A stretch of 64,000 bases of DNA from an uncultured Gammaproteobacteria bacterium. GTDB lineage: Bacteria > Patescibacteriota > Microgenomatia > UBA10105 > UBA927. The stretch is taken from NCBI GenBank assembly GCA_964367095.1, contig CAYIXE010000001.1:2803-66802 (forward strand), written 5' to 3'. The position numbers and the translations under genes were made by a program. The stretch's first letter is position 1. Each line of letters starts with the position of its first letter. Positions 1 to 9,867 of the stretch are shown one piece after another. The notes beneath the pieces were generated by a model. The model saw only the letters and a list, made by a program, of their open reading frames with translations, had not been told where the DNA came from and searched no databases.

Positions 1-159
1 CTTGCGAAGAGACATTGATTGATTAATCTGCACAATAGAAAAACTCATATCACCAAAGTTCCGCTGACAATAAATTCTCGCAAAATACCCACGGTGGTCA
101 ACATGAGGCTCAGGGTCAATAAGTTTAACTTCATCAAATGCCGTTTTCGAAAAAATCAT
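1..159 (-). CDS. rfbC: dTDP-4-dehydrorhamnose 3,5-epimerase (RfbC/RmlC cupin) family protein, 5' part only (runs off window)
   Basis: Not in the ORF track. Hand translation from ATG at 159 gives MIFSKTAFDEVKLIDPEPHVDHRGYFARIYCQRNFGDMSFSIVQINQSMSLRK, with the D-x-R-G-x-F and VQxNxS RmlC motifs. The ATG overlaps the upstream TGA (ATGA). Confidence 0.8.
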   Translation of the reverse strand, partial: MIFSKTAFDEVKLIDPEPHVDHRGYFARIYCQRNFGDMSFSIVQINQSMSLRK

Positions 160-1115
160 AACTTTGCCCTATACCATTCAATAATTGATTGTATCGTTGT
201 ATCAAAAGTAAATTTATTCTTCCATCCAAGAGCCCTAATCTTTGTATCATCTAAGTGTTGATATGGAATTTCATTATGTGCGATATTTTGAATATTATAT
301 TCAATTTTTTTCCCAAGCTTATTTTCTACTTTTTTTAGTACCTCTATAACATTCAAATGGTCAGATGAGGAAAAATTATATGCTTCACCAATTGTTTTAT
401 GCAACTTATCCAATAAAACCAGATACCCATCTACTACGTCTTTTACATACAAATAATCACGTTCATAAGTGCCATCGCTGCGCACTTCCAAAACTTCGTT
501 TTTGACAACTGACCTGCATATCCCAGGAATCAATCGGTTAAAATGAAAATCACCTTCTCCATATACATTTCCAAACCGAGTAACAACTACCGGAAGATTA
601 TACGTAACGTAATAGGCTCTCGAAATGATATCAGCACAAGCTTTTGAAGCATCATAGGGATGATCGCCAGCCAAGGGAGATAATTCAGTATAGTCAGACG
701 TAGTTTTGCCATACGCTTTATCAGAAGACGCCACAATCACTCCCTTGATTCCTTTACAAAATCTTAGCGCTTCCAGTACATTTATTGTTCCCATAATATT
801 TGTATCAAAGGCTGTACAAGGATCATCGAAACTGGATTCAACAATTGCCTCCGCTGCCAAATGATAAACATAGTCCGGCTTAATTTCCATTATTAAATTC
901 TTTACAGCATCCCGATGACGAATATCAAGGTTGATAACACGCACTTTTGAAGCAAGTTTTAATACTGTAAAATAGGATAACTCAGGGAATACATTATCAA
1001 TAACGACAACGTCCACTCCCTCAGCAACTAAACGCTCGGTTAAATGACTACCTATAAATCCAGCCCCACCCGTCACTATTATCTTTGCCTTATTTAATTT
1101 TTCCATACTTTCCAT
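156..1115 (-). CDS. rfbG: CDP-glucose 4,6-dehydratase-like NAD-dependent epimerase/dehydratase
   Basis: GGAGFIG Rossmann motif, SSDKAYG, YDASK; directly downstream of rfbF. The start may be the ATG at 1106. Confidence 0.75.
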   Translation of the reverse strand: MESMEKLNKAKIIVTGGAGFIGSHLTERLVAEGVDVVVIDNVFPELSYFTVLKLASKVRVINLDIRHRDAVKNLIMEIKPDYVYHLAAEAIVESSFDDPCTAFDTNIMGTINVLEALRFCKGIKGVIVASSDKAYGKTTSDYTELSPLAGDHPYDASKACADIISRAYYVTYNLPVVVTRFGNVYGEGDFHFNRLIPGICRSVVKNEVLEVRSDGTYERDYLYVKDVVDGYLVLLDKLHKTIGEAYNFSSSDHLNVIEVLKKVENKLGKKIEYNIQNIAHNEIPYQHLDDTKIRALGWKNKFTFDTTIQSIIEWYRAKL

Positions 1116-1879
1116 TTCGGATCTTCTTCCCAGTATCGATTCAGACTTTCTACATCAGCATATGTATCCATGCAATGCCAAAATCCATCATGGAGGTAAA
1201 CAGATAGTTGACGTTCGGAAATTAAACGTTTTATTGCCGGATGTTCGAATTCACCCAGACGCAGGTAGTCAAAAAAACTTTGTTTAAACACCATAAAGCC
1301 ACCATTTACTCTTCCACTTAGAACTGGTTTCTCTACAAACTTAGTTGCTATATTCTGCTGATTAATCCGTAGTAACCCATACTTACTTCTTGGATATACT
1401 CCGCTTATAGATCCTATGGTTTTCTGTTTTTTATGAAAATCAACCAGATCCTTAATATTCACGTCACCCACGCCGTCCCCATACGTCACCATGAAATCCT
1501 CATCTTCGGAAGAAATATAATCTTTACACCGCAGTATTCTTTCACCTGGCAATGCTTCCTCTCCTGTGTCTACAAAAGTGATCTTAAAGTCATCAATAAG
1601 CCGACCATCCGTTTTATCACGGTGGATTCGAGTTGCGCTGGTCTTTAGATGGAGAGTAAAATCATGAAGAAAATATTTTTGATTCAAAAAATAATCCTTT
1701 ATATAATTTCCCTTATATCCAAGCGCAATAATAAATTCATTGAATCCATAATGGGCATATATCTTCATGATATGCCAAAGGATAGGCTTGCCACCGATAA
1801 GAACCATTGGCTTAGGCTTAAATTCCGTTTCCTCTTTAAGCCTGTATCCTAACCCACCACATAAAATTATTGTCTTCAT
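1094..1879 (-). CDS. rfbF: glucose-1-phosphate cytidylyltransferase
   Basis: ILCGGLGYRLKEET..KPKPMV.IGGKPILWHIMK, TYGDG and GFWHCMDT motifs. Confidence 0.9.
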   Translation of the reverse strand: MKTIILCGGLGYRLKEETEFKPKPMVLIGGKPILWHIMKIYAHYGFNEFIIALGYKGNYIKDYFLNQKYFLHDFTLHLKTSATRIHRDKTDGRLIDDFKITFVDTGEEALPGERILRCKDYISSEDEDFMVTYGDGVGDVNIKDLVDFHKKQKTIGSISGVYPRSKYGLLRINQQNIATKFVEKPVLSGRVNGGFMVFKQSFFDYLRLGEFEHPAIKRLISERQLSVYLHDGFWHCMDTYADVESLNRYWEEDPKWKVWKN

Positions 1880-1884
1880 ATATA

Positions 1885-2877
1885 TTAATTATCTTCGTCA
1901 AAAATAAAGAAAGTTCTCACCATCCAGTATATTTCATAATAGATAAAAAAGATATTTAACACTGGAACACAGAGAATATAGGGATTCAATAATGTTGATC
2001 GAGTGATAAACATCTTCCAAGAATATACAATGGAATAAGTAAGCAATAATACTGCACCAACGACGTGAAGAAAAGGTAAAAACGGTAACAAACCCAATAC
2101 AGGCTTTATTAAAAAAACAATAATAGCCATAGGCGAAAGATCATTACTTCTAATTCTCAATACCCTACCGTAAGCTCGCGCAAACACCCATTTTCTCTTT
2201 ACTACATCTTTTATGGAAAAACTATCACCTTTGTAGTGCATGTGAATCACCTTTGCTTTGCTTTGTGCTATCTTACCAACCTTTTTGAGTCTAGCATGCA
2301 AATCAGCATCTTCACCGCCAACCGGTTTTTTACCACCAAAATTTTTTTCATCACTTCCTCCTACATCAAGAAATGTATCCTTTTTATAACAATCAAACTT
2401 TCCAGTAAGCGACGCTCTCTCTCTTCCAACTGAATTTGCAAATATATACTTTTGCCAAAAGCCATACTCATTCCAGATTTTCTCCGGTAGGAGCTCATAA
2501 GAACCACTCGCCACCACAGAAGAATCATTTAGAAAAGGTTGAATTAATTTATCTAATTCGAAAGCAGATGATAGACTCGAATCAGAGTGAAATGTCACTA
2601 AATAGTTACCTTTTGCTAACTTGGCTCCAAGATTATAACTTGCCGATACTCCGTACAATCTCTCACGCACGACGATAGTTATATTTAATTTTCTATTCTT
2701 CGTTTTAAATTCCTTAACAAGCCGCACGGAATCATCCGTTGAATGATTATCTATAACAATAATCTCCCTAACTCTGTATTTCTGTTTTTTTATACTCTCT
2801 AACGCCTCAAGTATCGTCGTTTCCGCGTTATAAACAAGAATAATTATCGATATATCAATTTTTCTAAATTTTTTCAT
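1885..2877 (-). CDS. GT2 glycosyltransferase with C-terminal membrane segments
   Basis: SIIILVYN, IDNHSTD, HSD (DxD variant), GEDADL; hydrophobic C-terminus. Confidence 0.85.
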   Translation of the reverse strand: MKKFRKIDISIIILVYNAETTILEALESIKKQKYRVREIIVIDNHSTDDSVRLVKEFKTKNRKLNITIVVRERLYGVSASYNLGAKLAKGNYLVTFHSDSSLSSAFELDKLIQPFLNDSSVVASGSYELLPEKIWNEYGFWQKYIFANSVGRERASLTGKFDCYKKDTFLDVGGSDEKNFGGKKPVGGEDADLHARLKKVGKIAQSKAKVIHMHYKGDSFSIKDVVKRKWVFARAYGRVLRIRSNDLSPMAIIVFLIKPVLGLLPFLPFLHVVGAVLLLTYSIVYSWKMFITRSTLLNPYILCVPVLNIFFIYYEIYWMVRTFFIFDEDN

Positions 2878-2925
2878 AATTCTTAGTGCTAAAGTGTATC
2901 ATATATACTATTACCTGTATGTTTA

Positions 2926-4035
2926 TCATTCGATTGATTCTAACAGTGTAAATGCTTCGTAATAATACTGCTCATATTCAAATTCTTCTGCAAAGAATTG
3001 CACGCCCTGTTGATATTGAGCGTATTGAGTTTGTATCTTTTTTAATGCAGTTGATAACTCTGATACACTCTCTATCACGAACCCTGCATGAAATTTACGT
3101 ATGAATGAAACGATGGCTGATGTATTCGTCATTATAACTGGCAGTCCCATTTCTATATATGTTTTTACCTTTCCAGGGTCAGTATAGTGTGTAGCAGTAT
3201 GTACGCCTTTTTCATACAGCGCGATTCCTACATGATGACGAATACTTAGTTTTTTGAGTTCTTCATCACTCACAAACGTGTTCGGGAACCAAACTCGATT
3301 TGAAATTTTATATTTCTTAATTAACAAAACATAGTTATCATATAGCGTCCTCTCGCATACACCAATAATTGATAACTCTACTTTCGAAGTATTTTTTATA
3401 AAAAGCAACAAATCCTCAATACCCTGAGAGGGACGGATCGCGCCTACAAATATTAATCTAAACGGAGATGTAATCGTTTTTGAAGGACCTGTATACGCTT
3501 TTACACCCCACATAACTGTTTTTTTATTCGGAAGACTAACGATCTTACCGTTATAAATACTATTTATTTTGTCACTTAAATAGTACGTAAAGGGTATTCG
3601 ATCATGGTAATATTTTTTCAGTTTTTCAAAAAGGATGAGTGACCAATGCACTGGAGGGTAATAATCTCCTATCCAGTATACATACTCCACTTTTCGCACG
3701 AGCTTGATAATACTCATGCCAAAGAATGCAATAGGATGGCCAGCCAAGATAAAAACATGTTCATTTCGAGAAAAATAGGTAAAGAGCGTCGTGGTATGGT
3801 GATAAAACCACAGAACATAATAGAGAAACAGGTTTGATGACGTCGAAATGATTCGTTTCTCTTGTACGTTTCCTTCTTTATACACCCAAAGCTCGTTTGA
3901 AATTCCACTCAACCTCGGCATAATGACATAAATGACCAGTTTTCTTGTGTGTTTGATAAAGTAATTCATCGTATTCCCGACGCTTTGCAGGCTTCCGTAC
4001 ATAAATATAGTGTCATAACGAAATATAGCTTTCAT
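2926..4035 (-). CDS. GT4 (GT-B) glycosyltransferase
   Basis: LIFVGAI..SQG and YTDPGKVKTYIEMGLPVI; paralogous to 6073-7251. Confidence 0.75.
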   Translation of the reverse strand: MKAIFRYDTIFMYGSLQSVGNTMNYFIKHTRKLVIYVIMPRLSGISNELWVYKEGNVQEKRIISTSSNLFLYYVLWFYHHTTTLFTYFSRNEHVFILAGHPIAFFGMSIIKLVRKVEYVYWIGDYYPPVHWSLILFEKLKKYYHDRIPFTYYLSDKINSIYNGKIVSLPNKKTVMWGVKAYTGPSKTITSPFRLIFVGAIRPSQGIEDLLLFIKNTSKVELSIIGVCERTLYDNYVLLIKKYKISNRVWFPNTFVSDEELKKLSIRHHVGIALYEKGVHTATHYTDPGKVKTYIEMGLPVIMTNTSAIVSFIRKFHAGFVIESVSELSTALKKIQTQYAQYQQGVQFFAEEFEYEQYYYEAFTLLESIE

Positions 4036-4904
4036 TTCTTTTTAAGAATGCTGACAATATTGCTTGCTCCGTAAGAAAAACGACTAAAGTATTCATCTAC
4101 CTTTTCTCCCCTTTTGTCCCATCGCGAATCTTTCGTAAGCATTTTAAACGCTAAACAAACTATCTTTCCCAAACTCCCCGTATAATACGTCTTCATTTCT
4201 CTAAATCTACTGAAACCCACAAGAATTCGTTCCCTTGTATACCGGCGGAGATGACCAATCCTTCTATCGTGAATCATGTTTATCGGCCAAAGAAATGGCC
4301 AAACATATTTTAAATGAATGGGCATTGCAAGCATCAACAAAGCCTTATTCTTAAGCACACGCTCAATTTCTTTGATAGCTTTTTTTTCCTGCGGAAGGTG
4401 CTCTAATATTGCATTTGCCACCATCCCGTCAGCGCTTTTTGCTTTTATGGGTAACTCCTCGGAACTTGCACAGGTTAATAAAACATTTTTTTGTAATTTC
4501 AATTTTGCAATATTTACTCTAAGCTTGTGTAGTTCTGCAAACGTCAAGTCAGTTGCGATGACATGAAACCCACGTTTCGCTAACTCAATCGCCATATATC
4601 CACTTCCGGTCGCGTTATCTATGATAAGCCCCTTCGTCTGCACAGAGGAAGAAATAAAATTGTCTATATATCTTTTTTGCCATGGCTCCAATACGTATGA
4701 TTGTCGAGATAAATCTTCCTTTTCAAAATACTTCACCTGATTTTGTAAATGAGTAGGTAATGTGGAAAGATTAACAAGTATTGGTATTCCATTTACTATT
4801 GCATACTGCTTCTTACACTTTCGACAATATAAACTCTTTGATTCACTCACAAGCGAGTGTTTACATATTGGACAACAAAGGTATTTAAGCAAAAGATGAT
4901 TCAT
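4032..4904 (-). CDS. class I SAM-dependent methyltransferase with N-terminal Trm112-like zinc ribbon
   Basis: LCCPICK...LYCRKC..YAIVNGIPIL N-terminus; DNATGSG motif I; ILEHL; GHLRRY. Confidence 0.85.
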   Translation of the reverse strand: MNHLLLKYLCCPICKHSLVSESKSLYCRKCKKQYAIVNGIPILVNLSTLPTHLQNQVKYFEKEDLSRQSYVLEPWQKRYIDNFISSSVQTKGLIIDNATGSGYMAIELAKRGFHVIATDLTFAELHKLRVNIAKLKLQKNVLLTCASSEELPIKAKSADGMVANAILEHLPQEKKAIKEIERVLKNKALLMLAMPIHLKYVWPFLWPINMIHDRRIGHLRRYTRERILVGFSRFREMKTYYTGSLGKIVCLAFKMLTKDSRWDKRGEKVDEYFSRFSYGASNIVSILKKK

Positions 4905-4938
4905 ACTCTAAAAAATGCGTGAGCTTTCGTACGTGCTC

Positions 4939-4969
4939 GTAGTATATCGTTTCTCTCATCGAATCGCCA
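4939..4969 (-). promoter_or_regulatory. putative sigma70-type promoter, copy 1 of a 31-bp duplicated element
   Basis: Minus strand TGGCGA-17 nt-TATACT upstream of the 4904 start; 29/31 identical to 9316-9346. Confidence 0.65.
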
Positions 4970-4997
4970 CACGACTTCTAATCGCATGTTGTTCTTT

Positions 4998-5016
4998 GCG
5001 TATCATTATGATACGC
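4998..5016. promoter_or_regulatory. palindromic operator upstream of the HTH-Fic gene
   Basis: GCGTATCAT-T-ATGATACGC ends 9 bp before the ATG; a third half-site ATGATACGC lies at 5030-5038. Confidence 0.65.
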
Positions 5017-5025
5017 TAAACACAT

Positions 5026-6078
5026 ATGAATGATACGCAGATAAATTCAAGACAGCATAAATTGCTCAATTATCTTCTCATTAATTCTTTTTCTTCAAGA
5101 GCAGAGCTAACAAAAGCTATTGCAGATGAAAAAGGCTCCCGTATAACTATTATACGTGATTTAAACCACCTGCTGAATCTTGGTTGGATTGAGCAATCGG
5201 GAGGTGGAAAACATATAAAGTATAGCCTTAAAATGGGTAAGGAATTGCTTATCCCAGTTGATATTGAGGAATATTTTTTAAAAACTACTGATGCTAGAAA
5301 TATCACGTATCAGCATTTCAATTTTTCAGTAATTGATAATCTGTCTGGACTATTTTCAAAAGAAGAACTTAATCTTTTTGAACTGGGAAGAATAAAATTA
5401 CAGTATAAATTTACATCGCTGGATAAAACGCTGCTTAAACGAGAGCTCGAACGATTCACCATCGAACTCAGTTGGAAATCTTCTCAAATTGAAGGAAATA
5501 CCTATTCATTATTAGAAACTGAAGAGTTAATAAAGAATAAGAAAGAAGCAAAAGGTCATGACAAAAGTGAGGCGATCATGATTCTCAACCATAAAAATAC
5601 ATTTGATACCATACTTGAAAAAAAAGATGGCTTCAAAGAAATTACTGTTTCTGGTATCAGATCAATACATTCTGAACTTATACAAGATCTCAATGTGACT
5701 TCTGGCATCCGTGAGTCAGGAGTTGGCATCACCGGCACTAAGTATCTTCCTCTTGATAACAAATGGCAAATTGAAGAAGCTTTAACAAAAATCGTCGTGT
5801 GTGCAAAAAGGACCGATGCCATAGCTGAAAAGGCGTTAACTTTCCTTGCGATGATCGCGTATTTACAACCATTTACCGATGGAAACAAGCGAACATCGCG
5901 AATGATTAGTAACGCCATTTTGTTGGCTAACGGCTACTTCCCTCTCTCATACAGAAGCGTTGATGAAGTGGAATATAAAAAGGCTTTAATTCTTTTCTAC
6001 GAACAGAATAATATGTTTCACTTAAAAAGAATATTTCTAGAGCAGCAACAATTCGCTATGGATAATTACTTCCTATAA
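5026..6078 (+). CDS. Fic/DOC family protein with N-terminal winged HTH
   Basis: N-terminal SRITIIRDLNHLLNLGWIEQSGGGKHIKY (wHTH); inhibitory-helix motif SSQIEGN; FIC motif variant QPFTDGNKRTSR. Confidence 0.9.
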   Translation: MNDTQINSRQHKLLNYLLINSFSSRAELTKAIADEKGSRITIIRDLNHLLNLGWIEQSGGGKHIKYSLKMGKELLIPVDIEEYFLKTTDARNITYQHFNFSVIDNLSGLFSKEELNLFELGRIKLQYKFTSLDKTLLKRELERFTIELSWKSSQIEGNTYSLLETEELIKNKKEAKGHDKSEAIMILNHKNTFDTILEKKDGFKEITVSGIRSIHSELIQDLNVTSGIRESGVGITGTKYLPLDNKWQIEEALTKIVVCAKRTDAIAEKALTFLAMIAYLQPFTDGNKRTSRMISNAILLANGYFPLSYRSVDEVEYKKALILFYEQNNMFHLKRIFLEQQQFAMDNYFL

Positions 6079-7251
6079 TGGAGAGATGGAGCTTGTAACA
6101 ATCAATATCTTCTCAAATATCGTTTGCCACGTAAATGTACGCGCTTGTTTTCTCGCTGCCTGCTTAGCTCTTGAGAGGTTCTTTGTATCGGAAAGAATAG
6201 CGACTATCGCACGTGCGATATCTTGATTATTATACGATACTACAAACGCACATCCTACTTTCTCAAGTGTCTTTGCATTGTATGAAACATCGGTCATAAG
6301 AATCGGAACACCGCAAGAAAGATATGTTTTTATTTTTGTCGGATCTGCATAGTAACTAAAATTTGTTGTATCTCTCCCGCTTGGCATATACGTAGCCAAA
6401 GCTATATCTGATTTTATAATTTCTTTTTGTATGGCTGCTTGGTCAGATTGCCATCCCATAAACTGCACATGTTTTTCTAAAGATAGCGATTCCACAAGTT
6501 CCCGAAGCGGCTGTTCATACTCTCCGCCACCTATAATCGTCAACGAAACACGCGGCAATTTTTTTAGTATAGCGGGCATTGCGCGAATAACCTCCTGAAC
6601 CCCTTGTTTTTCAAGCAAATGCCCAACAAAAATAAGTCGGTAATCATTTTTGACTTTTATCTTCTTTACAATATCTTTTTCCCAAACGCCGATTGGTACG
6701 ACTATTTGTTTATCCTTCGTAGTTTTGAGTCCTAAAAACTTTTTTCTCCCTTCTTCTATTCGTGGCGATACATTCCAACATATATCAGAGTATCTAACCG
6801 CGAAACACTCCATACTATGATAGATGTAATTAATCAGCCAAATATTACTTCGCTTTGGACTAAAATCAATCGCATAAAACACCACTTTATCGACAATTCC
6901 AAAAACGTGAAGCAGTACCCCGACACAGGCATTTAATGGATTAACGCCTATATAAAGGTAAGACGCTTTTGTTAATTTCACACATTCAATAATTGTCGCA
7001 AGTGCATCACGGAAAAATGCTGTTACCGATCCGGCAGACACTCGCTTCACGCTTTTTGTATGGATATTTCTTCCTTTTCTATACACACGTTGTGTGTACG
7101 TTGAATTCTCTGCAAGCAATGGATGACCGATGTATATCAGTGACTGTATTTTTTGAGAAATAAGATAATCACTAAGCGCTTCTGACGCACCATAAAAAAG
7201 CGTATGCGTCACTATGATGACCTGTTCGGGAGTGTTTAGGCGACTTTGCAT
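6073..7251 (-). CDS. GT4 (GT-B) glycosyltransferase
   Basis: [12 protein letters not shown] and [17 protein letters not shown]; its stop overlaps the convergent Fic stop (6073-6078). Confidence 0.8.
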   Translation of the reverse strand: MQSRLNTPEQVIIVTHTLFYGASEALSDYLISQKIQSLIYIGHPLLAENSTYTQRVYRKGRNIHTKSVKRVSAGSVTAFFRDALATIIECVKLTKASYLYIGVNPLNACVGVLLHVFGIVDKVVFYAIDFSPKRSNIWLINYIYHSMECFAVRYSDICWNVSPRIEEGRKKFLGLKTTKDKQIVVPIGVWEKDIVKKIKVKNDYRLIFVGHLLEKQGVQEVIRAMPAILKKLPRVSLTIIGGGEYEQPLRELVESLSLEKHVQFMGWQSDQAAIQKEIIKSDIALATYMPSGRDTTNFSYYADPTKIKTYLSCGVPILMTDVSYNAKTLEKVGCAFVVSYNNQDIARAIVAILSDTKNLSRAKQAARKQARTFTWQTIFEKILIVTSSISPL

Positions 7252-8282
7252 ATATCCTCCAGTATCCTATCGCCATTATAGGTATACTGCCAATTCGGAT
7301 AGTGTGATTGAAACTTCGACACATCAGAAATATACCAGATATGATCACCAATCCGCGGTGTATCGATATACGTCATTTTCGCCTTCTTGCCCACAATGGC
7401 TTCGATCTTTGCCACTGCCTCTAGAATAGAGGTATTAGAATGCCGTGATCCACCAATATTATATACTTCTCCAACTTTAGGTTTTTTGTACACTTCGTAA
7501 AATGCCGAGATCAAATCATGAGAGTGAATATTGTCCCGCACCTGCTTGCCTTTGTATCCAATGATCGAATATTGTCTTCCTTCTTTAATACACTTAATCA
7601 GATATGCCAAAAATCCATGGAGTTTGGCCGCGGAATGCGCAGGTCCTGTGAGGCACCCTCCGCGAAATATGACCGTATGGAGACCAAAGTATCTTCCGTA
7701 CTCCTGCACCATGAGGTCAGCTGCCGCTTTAGACACACCAAATACACTATGCGTGCATTGATCTATACTCATAGACTCGTCAATTCCTTTATAAAACTTG
7801 TGACTGGTCGGTAATTCGAATCGTGTCGATTTTTCCACCACTGGCAGTCGATTTGGCGTATCACCATACACTTTATTGGTCGACGTAAATATAAATGTAG
7901 CGTCTTTGGCATGTTTACGAAGATTTTCAAGAAGTAAAAGCGTCGCCTGTGCGTTTATAGAAAAATCCGTTAACGGCTCTTTGGCAGCCCAATCATGAGA
8001 TGGTTGAGCAGCAGTATGGATGATAAGATCAAATATATTTTTTTTGAAAATATCACCAATTTTTTTCTCGTCGCGTACATCTACCGCATGGTGCACATAT
8101 AAATGCTCTTCTTTGGACAGTTTTTTTCTCATCCAACTTGTGTCTCCATCAGCACCAAAAAAATACTTGCGCATATTATTATCTATTCCATGCACTTCAA
8201 ATCCTTTACCACAAAAAAATCGCACCGCTTCAGATCCGATAAGCCCCGCAGAACCCGTGATGAGAACTTTTTTCTTCTTCAT
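7236..8282 (-). CDS. CDP-paratose 2-epimerase (RfbE/Tyv)-like NAD-dependent epimerase
   Basis: [40 protein letters not shown]. Start moved to the ATG at 8282 ([10 protein letters not shown]) because the longer ORF reads through a heptamer repeat. Confidence 0.75.
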   Translation of the reverse strand: MKKKKVLITGSAGLIGSEAVRFFCGKGFEVHGIDNNMRKYFFGADGDTSWMRKKLSKEEHLYVHHAVDVRDEKKIGDIFKKNIFDLIIHTAAQPSHDWAAKEPLTDFSINAQATLLLLENLRKHAKDATFIFTSTNKVYGDTPNRLPVVEKSTRFELPTSHKFYKGIDESMSIDQCTHSVFGVSKAAADLMVQEYGRYFGLHTVIFRGGCLTGPAHSAAKLHGFLAYLIKCIKEGRQYSIIGYKGKQVRDNIHSHDLISAFYEVYKKPKVGEVYNIGGSRHSNTSILEAVAKIEAIVGKKAKMTYIDTPRIGDHIWYISDVSKFQSHYPNWQYTYNGDRILEDICKVA

Positions 8283-8284
8283 AT

Positions 8285-8319
8285 TACTTTTTACTTTCAA
8301 CTTTTTACTTTTTACTTTC
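8285..8319. repeat. five tandem 7-bp units (TACTTTT/TACTTTC/AACTTTT/TACTTTT/TACTTTC)
   Basis: Read directly; spans the stop codon of the fcl-like gene and the gap before the next ATG. Confidence 0.85.
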
Positions 8320-9279
8320 GTTATACCACTCAATCGTTTTTTTGAGACCCTCTTCTAATTTCGTTTTCGCACGAAAACCAATTTTTTCAATAGCTTTTGT
8401 GTTATCACTATTTCTTCTCGGAGATCCGTCGGGCTTTGATGTATCAAATTCAATTTTTGTTTTCTTTCCTGACATGGACACAATCATTTCCACCAAGTCT
8501 TTTATCGATACTTCTTCATCAGTCCCAATATTGACAGGATCTGGCACAGGATATTTGTCTATGGCGTCAATGAGACCCTTGGCAAAGTCCTCCACATATA
8601 GAAACGCTCGAGTTTGTTTGCCACTTCCCCACACGCGCAAGGGATTCTCTCCATCAAACACTCGTTTGATAAGTGCCGGTATCACGTGAGATTTCTCAAT
8701 GTCGAAATGATCACGAGGTCCATATGCGTTATATGGCCTCACAATGCCCACCTTCATCCCATACTGCTGACTATAATACATTCCTAGCTTTTCTGCCATG
8801 CGCTTGGCCCATCCGTATCCGCCGTTGGTCGGCTCTGGCTCTCGTAAAAATCCTTCTGATTCGGCAGTTGGAATTTTGGCATCTGCGGGGTAAATACACG
8901 CTGACGATACAACTAAAAATCGCTCAACTTTTGTAAGTCTTGCCGCTTCAATCATAACGGAGGCAATTTTTAAATTATCAAAAAGCATGGTGGCCTGATG
9001 AGTTCGATTATATTCAATACCGCCCACTTTAGCTGCCAAATTCATCACCACCTGTTGCCCTTGACATGCTTTCAACGCATCCTGTTCACTCGCGCAGTCG
9101 CCTGAAATAAACTGAACTTTATCCTTAAGATATAGAATATTTTTGATTACTCCATCTCTCATGCGATCATATACCGTAACCTTTGCACCGAGAGACACAA
9201 GCTGTTCTACCACATGACTACCGATAAATCCAGTGCCCCCGGTCACTAACGCTTTTGTGTCCTGCCAAAAATTATTCAT
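8305..9279 (-). CDS. fcl: GDP-L-fucose synthase / ColC-like GDP-4-keto-6-deoxymannose epimerase-reductase
   Basis: [15 protein letters not shown] (catalytic Cys), EPTN..YGWAK, YGPRDHF...SHVIPALI (catalytic His). Start set at the ATG at 9279 after GGTGGA. Confidence 0.75.
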   Translation of the reverse strand: MNNFWQDTKALVTGGTGFIGSHVVEQLVSLGAKVTVYDRMRDGVIKNILYLKDKVQFISGDCASEQDALKACQGQQVVMNLAAKVGGIEYNRTHQATMLFDNLKIASVMIEAARLTKVERFLVVSSACIYPADAKIPTAESEGFLREPEPTNGGYGWAKRMAEKLGMYYSQQYGMKVGIVRPYNAYGPRDHFDIEKSHVIPALIKRVFDGENPLRVWGSGKQTRAFLYVEDFAKGLIDAIDKYPVPDPVNIGTDEEVSIKDLVEMIVSMSGKKTKIEFDTSKPDGSPRRNSDNTKAIEKIGFRAKTKLEEGLKKTIEWYNESKK

Positions 9280-9315
9280 AGTTCCACCAATTTCATAGTC
9301 GCTTCCTGATAGATT

Positions 9316-9346
9316 GTAGTATATCGTTTCTCTGATTGAATCGCCA
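9316..9346 (-). promoter_or_regulatory. putative sigma70-type promoter, copy 2 of the 31-bp duplicated element
   Basis: TGGCGA-17 nt-TATACT on the minus strand upstream of the fcl-like start; 29/31 identical to 4939-4969. Confidence 0.65.
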
Positions 9347-9420
9347 TCCAAACGTTACTATCGTGCTACTAGCAATACATTTTGCCTTTTAACCTAAATT
9401 TTACCAACATACTCCCTCTA

Positions 9421-9448
9421 CACTTTCATTTATCGATAAATGAAAGTG
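9421..9448. repeat. perfect 28-bp palindrome CACTTTCATTTATCGATAAATGAAAGTG, copy 1
   Basis: Self-reverse-complementary; abuts the stop codon of the TrpR-like gene; extends to 30 bp (9420-9449). Confidence 0.95.
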
Positions 9449-9832
9449 TTACTTGTGATACCGCCGAAGATTGTACGCGAGTGTCTTTACTACCTTTTTC
9501 CAAAAATCTTCCATCTCCTCGCTATACATGCGTTTTTGAAGAAGCTTTTTTGTACTTTCTCCACCCTTATCCAACCATTCTGACACACGATTAATAGTAG
9601 AGGTGCTTACATGTAAAATATATACAATATCTTCGTAGTTAAATTGCTTATGAAGCATCATTGCAACCGCGAGACGTTTGGCAAACATAACACGTTCTGT
9701 CTTTGTAAAAAAATCATAGTAAAACGCTTTGACATCTTGCGGATTACGAATAGATTGAAGAACCCAAAGAAAATCATCCCTAATTGAATAATATACATCT
9801 TTATCAACCGGTCTTTTTGAAAGCTGTGTCAT
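9449..9832 (-). CDS. YerC/YecD family TrpR-like DNA-binding protein
   Basis: FFTKTERVMFAKRLAVAMML....YEDIVYILHVSTSTINRV matches the TrpR/YerC HTH pattern; GAGG just upstream of the ATG. Confidence 0.85.
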   Translation of the reverse strand: MTQLSKRPVDKDVYYSIRDDFLWVLQSIRNPQDVKAFYYDFFTKTERVMFAKRLAVAMMLHKQFNYEDIVYILHVSTSTINRVSEWLDKGGESTKKLLQKRMYSEEMEDFWKKVVKTLAYNLRRYHK

Positions 9833-9839
9833 ATATCCT

Positions 9840-9867
9840 CACTTTCATTTATCGATAAATGAAAGTG
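9840..9867. repeat. perfect 28-bp palindrome, copy 2 (identical to 9421-9448); probable operator
   Basis: 7 bp upstream of the TrpR-like ATG and immediately downstream of a minus-strand TTGACA (9871-9876); extends to 30 bp (9839-9868). Confidence 0.95.

Noticed and set aside
9421-9448. Chromosomal dif site
   Set aside because: Same length and a possible 11-6-11 parse, but no match to XerC/XerD arm consensus; kept only as an architectural analogy.
9421-9867. CRISPR array interpretation of the two 28-bp repeats
   Set aside because: Only two copies, separated by a 391-bp protein-coding segment; perfectly palindromic; no cas genes in the window.
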